64,000 nt of DNA from Chrysomallon squamiferum (lineage: Eukaryota > Animalia > Mollusca): NCBI GenBank assembly GCA_012295275.1, contig CM022671.1:25482001-25546000 (forward strand), read 5' to 3'. Every line of letters starts with the position of its first letter. Positions within the stretch are counted from its first letter, which is position 1. Below are positions 53,561 to 64,000 of the stretch, in pieces. The notes beneath the pieces are model-generated. The model was given only the letters and a program-made list of their open reading frames with translations, was not told the DNA's origin and did no database searches. Both the position numbers and the translations under genes were made by a program.

Positions 53561-54058
53561 CTGACAAAGAAACAAAAAAAACAGTTAAATTTACTTTGTT
53601 AAGTTTTAACCAGCTGATTGTTTAATACTTTATACATACAAATGTATATGTATGTGTTTGTAATCATTTTTGAAAATTATATTATATATACAGTTGTGTA
53701 GTTTACCTAAATTGCTTCTCTCTTTTTCTCTCTGTCTATATATATATATATATATATATGAAAAAGTTATGTGTTAGATTGTCCCACTGCAGCATTAGAC
53801 CAATGTTGTTATTTCCCATTCTAAAAGGTGCTCTAGATTTGATGTGTAAGATTTAAGAATAATTCAAAACTATCTAATACCACCACCCAGTTACCATACT
53901 GTGGCAGAAGACTTAACAACACACTACTTAACAACACACTATTTAACAATGCATAATAATTTTATGATTTTATATCAGCTGGATTTGGGGTTGTTTTTTG
54001 GATTTTAAGCTATATGAAAAATAAGATTATATGCTTTAAGAGAATCATCTTTGATTAC

Positions 54059-54180
54059 CTAATTTATCTTTCTCCATTTCATCTCCTGTGTCAAACATGA
54101 CACCTTCTGCTTCCAGTTTTCAGTCTACTGGCCTGACTAACTGAAGTTTTCTTTGTTTTGTATGCAACTTTTGGTGAAGT
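54059..54180 (-). CDS. Host gene exon with an apparent +1 frameshift (TSPKVAYK...SRL / KLEAEGVMFDTGDEMEKDKL)
   Basis: ttttcag| acceptor and G|gtaatc donor. At 122 nt all three frames are closed; removing one base from the T4 run at 54117-54120 gives an open phase 0-1 exon. Confidence 0.7.
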
Positions 54181-54736
54181 CTGAAAATAAAATATAAACA
54201 TTATTAACCTGAGAATTTGCTCCCTAGCTGTAGAGGGAAAAAAAAGGAAGAAATTAATATATATATTTTTTTAATAACACATACAAAATATTTCAATCTA
54301 AAGTTATTTGTTGAGATTTGAAACCATAGTAAATTGTTTTATTATTTAGTATTAAAAGTATATCAAAATTAAACAAGACGCTGTAAAATATATGCAAGAA
54401 AATTGTTCGGTAAATCAAACTGATCTGAAATTGCTGAGTTATTCACATTCTAACAGTTTAGATTTCCAGTCAGGCTGGATCTTAAAGTCAGATTTGCAGT
54501 GAGAAATATTTAGACCCACTGAAATAATCATATTGTTTGTTAGCTGACAAAATATTCATTATTACTAATGCTTTTGAAAAAACAATGATGGTGGATGTGG
54601 TCACAAATGGTGGTAATTCTGTGCTATTTTATTACTTTTTATTCATTTCGAATGCAGTTGATAAAAACACAAATATTACTGTTATTGTTGTTGTTATCAC
54701 AACTGTGATTGTTATTATTTTTGTTATTCTTATTAC

Positions 54737-54886
54737 TTTTTTGCTCATCTGAATAGCACCAAGTTCTGCATCTATCTTGTCCAGGATGGCGTGAACTGGG
54801 TCTTTATGCATCAGATTTGTTGTTGTCATCATGGTGTGTTGTTGATTTGCCTGATGGGTCATCCTCAACATCATTTTCAGAGTGAG
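54737..54886 (-). CDS. Host gene exon with an apparent +1 frameshift (AHSENDVEDD...KSDA / KDPVHAILDKIDAELGAIQMSKK)
   Basis: aattag|CT acceptor and AAA|gtaata donor. The incoming phase-1 frame hits TAA at 54804-54806, while the helical 3' part lies in the next frame. Confidence 0.7.
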
Positions 54887-55170
54887 CTAATTAAAAATGA
54901 ATATATATGAATGTCACTCAAACTGCATTGAAATAAACAGATTTTTCCAGAGATGAATAAATTATGCACTATCTTCTGTATAATGTAGAAACTTACAAAC
55001 TAACCAATTTTGATCATATAAATTATAATGAGAAATTATTGAAAAGTATTCAGTATATATATTCAAAAGTGTCTTGTTTTTATTTAATATTAGCAACTAC
55101 TTTAAAATAATATTAGCATTAACAGAATAATTACATTAACATCTCTCTAAACATCAAAAGACGTTTTAAC

Positions 55171-55229
<59 letters not shown>

Positions 55230-55295
55230 CAAACTGATACAAGTTTTAACAACAGTTTATCCAATTTAACTCATGAAATTCTAGTTTAAACTTAC

Positions 55296-55380
55296 CCGTG
55301 GCAGAACCTGATTTGACGCCGTCTTCTGAGTCGTCACTCCACTCCCCATCGGCGTCCATTCCATCCATTTTGCCCGTCAT
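55296..55380 (-). CDS. First or second coding exon (MTGKMDGMDADGEWSDDSEDGVKSGSAT), phase 0-1
   Basis: tttgtttgtag|ATG acceptor and G|gtaagt donor; 85 nt, GC-rich, acidic. Confidence 0.8.
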
Positions 55381-55488
55381 CTACAAACAAAAAATAATAA
55401 TCATAATAAATAATAATAATATTTAAAAACTTACTAACAAACTTACTTTAGTTAGTATCACATTTTCCAAATATTTTAACATTAGAAA

Positions 55489-55534
<46 letters not shown>

Positions 55535-55668
55535 CCCCAGTCTTTATTTCCGAAAACGGAAATTACGACCTACTGAAACAGTGCAAAGGGCGGCAATTTC
55601 AAACACCGCCCGATAGCTTCTGGCTGTTTTATAACAATGCATTTATGATGTCCATTCCTTTATATTGG

Positions 55669-55728
<60 letters not shown>

Positions 55729-56192
55729 TGCACCGAACTTTAAATCCAACATCTGAAATGTTGGCCATTATCAGACAGACTATCATTAATGATGTAATTT
55801 TGGTAACAATGAGATTTGAGGTATTAAAGTCCAGTGGGTTTTTTTCTTTATTTTTATTTTATTTTATTTTATTTTATTTTATTTTTATTTGTTTGCATTT
55901 TTTATTATTATTTTTGTTGTTGTTGTTGTTCTTCTTCTTCTTCTTGGGGGTTTTTGTGGGTGACGAAATAAATAGTAAATAGCCCAATGTATTTGCAAGA
56001 ATTGTATATAAACATTCATTTTTTTCCCCTCTATTTATCAAAGGCTGACTCCATCATTAAATCTAAGCGCCGATTAAATCGACAGGTTACATGTTCACAC
56101 ACAGCATACCTAGTGCGGTTTGTTAGGTCGTCTGTCAAGGGCGGACGTTTTCGAACTGTATCCCTTGGAATGAATATTTGTCTGATGCTTAC

Positions 56193-56285
56193 CCTTTTCC
56201 AAACACCATGCAGAGCAGCTTCAGGATGGTCAGTTAATATGGTGAGAGCTTTAACCGGATAAAATATAACGCAAACTTTCTGCAT
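56193..56285 (-). CDS. Candidate upstream first exon (MQKVCVIFYPVK...HGVWKR), phase-0 donor
   Basis: ATG at 56285, 31 open codons, and an AGG|gtaagc donor in frame with exon 55296-55380; lies in the CpG-rich zone. Confidence 0.35.
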
Positions 56286-56527
56286 CCGCCATTATTGAAT
56301 TATACATCTTAGTGAGTACTCGAGTTTGAAAACCTCTGGTCTAGGACGTAATATATCGCAAACGTAGGGCGTGAAAGATCGCGTGACTAAGGAGTAATAG
56401 GTTGCAACTGTTGTAAAGCCAGTTTATTTGGATTACCTAAGGCTAAAGTTTGTTATTTTTTGTCTGCGAGAAGGTGCATATAAAAAAAAAAAAAAAAAAA
56501 CAGCGGTGTGTGTTCTTTTACTCATTA

Positions 56528-56529
<2 letters not shown>

Positions 56530-56586
<57 letters not shown>

Positions 56587-56797
56587 ATCATCATCATCAT
56601 TATTATTATCATTATTATTATCATCATCATTATCATTATTATTGTTATCATCCTCGTTATCAAGATTATTATTATCATCAGTATCATTATTATTATTAAT
56701 ATCATCATCATCATTATTATTATCATTATCATTATCATCATCATTATCATTATTATTGTTATCATCCTCGTTATCAATATTATTATTATCATCAGTA

Positions 56798-56834
<37 letters not shown>

Positions 56835-56840
56835 TACTAC
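56530..56840. repeat. Compound (ATT)/(ATC) repeat with an internal duplicated unit of ~115 bp
   Basis: ATTGTTATCATCCTCGTTATCAA..ATCAGTATCATT occurs twice; source of the poly-I/L/N/D ORFs. Confidence 0.9.
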
Positions 56841-57560
56841 TCTTTTTTTTTTCAAAGCAATATGTTTTACACCTGCTATTCATTCATTCCTGCTATCGGT
56901 TCGAATTAAACAAATATTTATTTTGATCGAGGACACGGGGTCTTGTAAAAATCTATAAAAAAAACTCTATTAAGTGTTGAGATATCCCTAATCTGTAACA
57001 AATCAATCATCTTAAAGCGTTATGTCAATATCGATTTTCAAATTATCCCTTGTTATCTTTTGTTCTTGACGTTAACTTATAAATTGCCGGGACCAACACG
57101 GGAAGCCATTAGACACAATCTCGATCTTCGATAGTCAAACATTCTTTGAAAACAGCCTCAGCGTGTCGTTTTAAATTAATATTATAAACAGAATGTCCGT
57201 ACAAGGTTTATCGATGTATGCGTTAATGCTCGTTGATGTATGTGTGTTTGTGTACGTGCGTTTACGTGAATACGCTCAAACATACGTCTCCACAGACGTC
57301 GTTTCACGCGCGCACGAGACACGCGCACACACAACACGATCGAGCAATAGTTCTGTGACAATATCAAACCAATGTTGTGCGCTGTTTAGGCTACTTTTTG
57401 TTCCAGTTAGTTTTGCCTAACTGTTGCTGTTGTTCAAACTTTGAAAAAGTATTTTTTTTTTAGCATTCCTGAACACTGTATAAACAATACTGAAATGCTG
57501 ATAAACACTCACACTTACATACTACACAAGCTGCAGCGTCAGAAAGTGAGTGAATGGGCG

Positions 57561-57563
<3 letters not shown>

Positions 57564-57636
<73 letters not shown>
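57564..57636. repeat. (AG)n microsatellite
   Basis: Directly visible. Confidence 0.95.
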
Positions 57637-57640
<4 letters not shown>

Positions 57641-59005
57641 TCGAACTGGTCGAATTAAATGTGCAGGTGAACGTTACAAATATCGTCAAATTAAAAGAGA
57701 CTATTGATTAATTATTGCGTGATATTAAATCGTCTATTTAAATATTTACGAAGCCAGGTTAGGTCAAATATTCAACGTATAAAACTAAATACATGTACGA
57801 ATAAAACACAACTAAACAGTACTTTCAGTGTTGGGTGCAGCCGTGTCATTGGTTAGAACGAAAGCATAATTTATACAGCACGTAACTATTCTAAATCATT
57901 AAAGAGTTCTAGGTTTGTTGTTGTTATTATTATTATTATTATAATTTTTATTTATTTATTGTATTTTATATTTTTTTATTTTTTATGAGCGTGAGAGCTG
58001 GGAAGGGATTTGTAACAATAAAGTAAAAGAATTTGGGACGGGTCATAGTTCTGTGGATTGAGTAGTTTAATTGTCTTTAGTTTGACTGTTATAATTAAAA
58101 AAAAAAAATTTTTTCATCATGGGGAGAATCAGGTTTCCTCTGATATTATTACAAATAAATAAATATATAAATAAATAAATAAATAAATAAATAAACAAAA
58201 ATAACGTCAATACAGTCAGTGACAAGAAATATTCGGTAACGCTCTTCTTTAGATTATTTTTAAGATTACAATTCATTTTATACGTGATAATTATCGTTCG
58301 TTACGATCAACTGTTTTCATGCTTGTATACATAACATGCATACTTAGATACAAACACAGATATACACATAATGTTTTCACACACACATATACACACACAC
58401 ACACAGACATACAAACATACATACATATACATTCATACAACCATATAAAACAGTCATAGAAACACATCAAGTCTTCTTCTGCTCTGTTACTGAATATAAT
58501 AATAATAATAACAATAAGAAAAAGAACAAGAAGAACAACAACAACTGAAAAGTTCAGTAATATGCATGGTTCGTGTATGCTTGACATGGGTCCCGATTTC
58601 GGTCGAAGAACGATTTGCGAGTGTCATGTTTGGTATGATGAATATAACGGTTTGAATGTCAGTTGTTCAACGACTGTTCAAACATGCTGATAAGTAATTG
58701 TTTGAAGTATCCTATTGACAAGTGCCTTTTAAGATTTTCAAGTAGGTCACGAAAACTTGTAATCAGCAATCAAAACGAACAGAGAAAGAAACACGCCAAG
58801 ACAAGTGAACATTGTGCCGGGAATACTCGTATGTTTCAAGTAATTAAAATGTTTTAAAAGTTTAATGTGACAGATTTGTCTGAAATTTGTGAGAATTTTT
58901 TTCCCTTTTCATTTTTATTTATTTTTTTATCTATTTATTTATTGTTTTGTTTTGATCTGGGTTTGTTTTTGTGGTTTTTTTTATTATTATTATTTCATTT
59001 ATTTC

Positions 59006-59067
<62 letters not shown>

Positions 59068-59884
59068 TTTATTTATTATTTACTTATTTATTTATTTTTC
59101 ACGTACATATATTTTAAAACCATTGTAAGATAAAATTATTTTCCAGTCACGAACAGTCGCATTTTGTTTCCATTTTTTCCATTCCTCTTGTCTTTCATTA
59201 TTTTCTTTTTCATTTTTTTTTTTCTTAAACATTTAAAAAAATGTTATTTATTGACGTATTCGATCATATATTAGAAATTCTGTATGAAAACTACAGATAA
59301 AAAAAGAATTAAAAAAAAAGAAGAAGAAAGTAACGGTGGAAAAAAAACACCGCGGTTTTTCCTACATTTACCTTTATAATGATTCAGTATTATAGTTTTC
59401 TGGACTGCAGTTCATAGTCTACTATAGTCTACTATAGTCTACTGTTAAATTTATTGTCACTGACAAATCAACTCCGGTAGGCTTCGCAGCTTACTTACGA
59501 CCACCGGAACCATGACGTCATTTCCTTTGTCTTCGTTTGATCACTTTCGTAACTGTTTCTAGGGTGATCATTTATTTTATGTCAAACCAGTGGATTTTTT
59601 AAATTGACTTAACCATAAGAAGGGGGAAATAAAAACCAGATGGGTATATGAGAGAATGACAAAACCCCGTAGGTTTAAAATATCCTGACCATTCCTATAC
59701 GTGTGTTTCCTTTTAAGCATTACATGCCTAAACTACAGGTATATGACAATGATTTTCATGAAAATATTAAAATTAAAGAAATAAATATTTCAGAACATTT
59801 TTTTTTTTAAAAAGGCAGTATCTAATATATTGTTTGTATGCATTTCTGGTCCTGATATACTGTTAGATGAAACAGGTAACCGTG

Positions 59885-59924
<40 letters not shown>

Positions 59925-60969
59925 GCCATTAAGATTTAAACTGTTGTTTCACGAAACTTATGGGTTAACTATTAACTTCTGAAATCAGCTTGCGGGATAT
60001 AATGAAGTACGATAAAAATTACCAACGCCCAGGTAACAAAAATCTTTTAAAAAAAAAAAAAAAAGAAGAATAAAAATCAGAATTGTTATCATGAATCATC
60101 CTGTGTGTCAGTGCATTTAGAGAGCTAAGCTGGACAAGAGCAGTGGGAGGAGATAATCGGTGATAAAAAGTTGACGCTCTTTTTGACGTTTGTAAATAAA
60201 TACACACAGAATGATATTGTGTGGAAATACCGATACTGGCTGTCAGTGTTAATCGAATACGCCGCTAGGCAATTGAATTTTACGCATCACCGATTTCGTA
60301 CAGCCATTTCAATGTGTGAATACAAGACTTTGGGGAGGAGTGGGGAACACCGTGAAGAAATCATGAGTTTGTAAACCCTAGAGTTGTAATCCTCAGTCGA
60401 AATAACAGCGTTCTTTTGTATTATACGTTGATTACTGAAATATAACCTATTCCTGTTCAACGGATCACTGGGTGTTTTCATTAAACAACACGATTCTTTC
60501 CGTTTATTTATTTTTTTATTTATTATTATTATTATTATTTTAAATTACTGTTATTATTATTAAAGGCACATACTTTAATTTTAACGGGCTCTCTCTCATA
60601 ATGATTCGTAATAATTATTCCGTTTAATATGATCATAATTATATTATTTATAGTACAGATTATAGTCTTCAGTTATAATTAGCGTTTACAAAAAAAGTTA
60701 ATGGAAATAATTTTAATATATCTGTGGTTTCCATTTTTGTTCAGATATTTGTGTGTCTGTGTCTCAGCTTTTTCTATTCATCCGTCCATCCATCCATCCA
60801 TCCACATGTCCATCTATGTCTCTATCTATCTATCTATCTATCTACCTATCCATGCATATAATCGCAAACTATAACAAATAAACACACACATATAGATAAA
60901 TATACTGAGAGAAACACATATAAAACACAGACCTGTATTTTTTTCTAAGCAAAATTATATTCATTATAG

Positions 60970-61019
<50 letters not shown>

Positions 61020-62324
61020 AGAAAGTTATGAAAAACTAAATCCTTCATACACAATACCTTTTCTGTTACGAATCGTTACTACAAGTCGCCTTGTGTTGTC
61101 GCACTTATTGTAAGTCATATTCCAATAACAGTACAAAAAAAAAAAAAATATTAAGAAGACAACAGAGTGGTGGAAACAAGCGGTAAACTACGACTAAACA
61201 GTGTAATTCAGACGCCTGTTTGTAATACAGAATATAAGCTCGTAAAACTAAGAAAAGTCACGTACATGATACATTCCCTCGTTTCTGGAAGCACACTCCA
61301 AAATCTAATTTTGTTAGCTGCGTGGTGATTTTTTTCATTAAATAACGCAACCCGTCATATGTCTCCATTATTATTATTATTATTATTATTATTGTTATTA
61401 TTATTATTATTATTATTATTGTTATTATTGTTATTATTGTTGTTATTATTATTATTACTACTATTATTATTATCATCATAACCATCGACATTACTAATAT
61501 TATTGCTGTCATTATTATTGTTGTTTTTGTTATTGTTGTTGTTGTTGTTATTATTATTATTGTTGTTCCTGTCGTTGTTATTTTTTTATTATTATTGCCA
61601 CTGATGCTACTGTTATCATTATTATACTGAACTGAATTAATAAGAGGCTTTTATTTTTTATCTTTATACTTGTACGTACAAAAATACAGACGATGACAGC
61701 TTGACGATTGTTCGTTTTTATCTCCGCAGTTGCATTCATCTCAGTTTCAGCACCACCGCTTTTCAGAAACGTTTACACTGTACTTTGTCCAATGTCAGTT
61801 ATTGTACTCTACACAGTAAAGAGTAACCTCGACTATGAACATTCCAAAGACACAAACAAAAACACACAACCCCCCCCCACAAACACAGAAACATTAATGT
61901 ACGTAATATAATATTGCATGATAAACATTGAAAGAAATACGTTTGTTCCATTTCGATGAGAGAAACGTATTCGATGTCAACTCCAACCTACACACATTCA
62001 TACACAAACACACAGACACACACACACACACACACGCAAACACACACACACAGATACACACAGGTAATAACAAGTTTACCAGAATGACATTTCGAAATAA
62101 ATATCGAAAAAATAGAAATACCTAGCACAAAACCAAGGATAACAAGTGGTAAAATCATAAACTTAGTGTACACATATTTCAATGTCACAATACTGAATAC
62201 TGTCACAAGCTCATTCAAAATTACAAACGTACCTGAAAATTGTTATTAACAATGTCGCATACAAATACAAGGCCGTATCCATAGACAAATACAGGTATGC
62301 ATTACTATACACATTTGCATGTAC

Positions 62325-62360
<36 letters not shown>

Positions 62361-62520
62361 ATGTATGTATGTATGTGCCTATGTATGTATGTATGTATGT
62401 ATGTATGTATGTATGTATATATGTATGTATGTAGTATGTGTGTGTATGTATGTGTGTACGTACGTACGTACGTTCATGTGTATGGACATAGGTATGTATG
62501 TTGTGTACGTGTGTGTGCCT
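62325..62520. repeat. (GT)n/(TATG)n microsatellite
   Basis: Directly visible. Confidence 0.9.
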
Positions 62521-63234
62521 GTGCAAGCGTATACACGGGTGCATGTACACGTGTGAGTGAGGTAGACTGAAAGAAAGCCCGAGAATGAAACACCACCCAG
62601 CTGATTTGATAGAGATACACGCACACAAACCGAAACATATGTATATCACATTTCTGTCTCCATTATCAACACACTGATTACTACATATACACTTATATAT
62701 GTTTTCAGATACAAACTGTGATATATATATATATATATATCACACACACACAAACAATATTAATACAGTTTTGCTAAGTGGGTCTTTACGTATCTCGTAA
62801 CGAGCAAAGCGTGTAAAATATTCGATAACTCAAGATAGACCCGCATTGCACAGCTGATCACACAAACGAAACGGGCTCTTGGAAATATTTGTATATGGGC
62901 AGGTAAGCACAAATAGTGACGGCAGCAACACAAAAGCATAGAACACCTATTAAACGAGTCACGCAACATCCTACTACGATTCACGTCAGAGCTGATGCTG
63001 TCATCCAGTGTGTTTCTAACAGCGAAATGGAACAAACGTCTTGTTTCTGCACTCTGTTGGTTACGTCATATTATATTAATAATACGTTGATACTGCAAGA
63101 GAGGCTAATAAGAAATAGTAAGGATTACTTTCGAGTGTCCATGGCTGCCTTGCTGTTGGGTCAGAAAGCAGCGTGAGAAAACGTGTATTGTACTTCAAAG
63201 TAGAAATAAAGACAATGAGAGAGTGTCAGATGAG

Positions 63235-63237
<3 letters not shown>

Positions 63238-63322
<85 letters not shown>
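63238..63322. repeat. (AG)n microsatellite
   Basis: Directly visible. Confidence 0.95.
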
Positions 63323-63325
<3 letters not shown>

Positions 63326-63962
63326 AAACCACAATTGTAAAACTGAATCGTTCACACTTATTTATTGCATTATCGAAAGTATGTAGAGCATACATACATA
63401 CGTACATATAAACGTAAGTACATACATACACATACAAATAAACGCACGTTCGTATGTAGATATTCACAAATATACTTATCCATGCATGAAAGCCACCCAT
63501 CCATGCATATAAGCAGGCACACACAGAAATACTTATACAAATAAATTATATACATGTGCAAAAATGCATTACAGATACAGATGCATATGTACATACAATC
63601 ATGCTCATTTAAGCATAGATATATAATATATACATACACAGTATAGATAGGTAGATAGATACATAGGTAGATAGATAGACAGATAGATACGTACGTACAT
63701 ACATATATACATAAATTCACACATACATATACAGATAATGACATTTAGATACATATATTTACACACGCACTGAGTTTTACGAGAAAAATCAAAACAGATG
63801 TGCTAGGTGTGTAGGCATTTTTTTAAAAATTTTATATGAACAAGAACAAACATGTGTAGGTATGTTTATATTCATATTTTCAAAGATAAATAAAAATAAT
63901 GCTTTGTACAAACAAAAAGACACACACACGCACAGACACACGCACACAACAACTGTACTCAC

Positions 63963-64000
63963 CGGTGGTTCTGCTTAGTGCATGCTGTGAGTCCCGTTAT
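63963..64000 (-). other. 3' end of a candidate upstream exon running off the window (5'UTR or another gene)
   Basis: Consensus donor CCG|gtgagt after a GC-richer segment. The phase-0 reading contains ATG CAC TAA, so it is non-coding if spliced to 55380. Confidence 0.4.

Noticed and set aside
56428-56958. Overlapping 120-176 aa ORFs (poly-I/L/N/D)
   Set aside because: They are translations of (ATT)/(ATC) microsatellite on both strands, with no splice or coding signal.

Overview
AT-rich, microsatellite-dense animal genomic DNA. Composition and intron style suggest an invertebrate, possibly a mollusc (inference only). Most ORFs in the supplied track are microsatellite artefacts. Reading splice sites by hand gives one minus-strand multi-exon gene, with about 21 exons from 55380 down to 9603 and a probable terminal exon at 1416-1574. 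It encodes an acidic, Ser-rich N-terminal half with a 3x 19-aa repeat and a long C-terminal coiled coil (about 940-990 aa). I do not recognise the family. Its largest intron (about 19.5-42.7 kb) contains a 7.3-kb same-strand coding exon (24054-31368, about 2440 aa, low-complexity). That exon carries a KRAP/ITPRID-like LGF..IP.RF motif, four LC8-type motifs and frabin-like C-terminal motifs. It also has a candidate first exon at 36526 and a candidate polyA signal at 21826. All four junctions around it are phase 2, so two N-termini could combine with two C-termini. Other observations: two 1-nt frameshifts in adjacent 5' exons, repeated tandem duplication of splice-site regions into introns, an 18-nt microexon, a GC donor, a Tigger/pogo-like MITE, SINE-like fragments, and a shift from CpG-poor to CpG-rich sequence at about 55.3 kb. 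No rRNA, tRNA or CRISPR features were seen.
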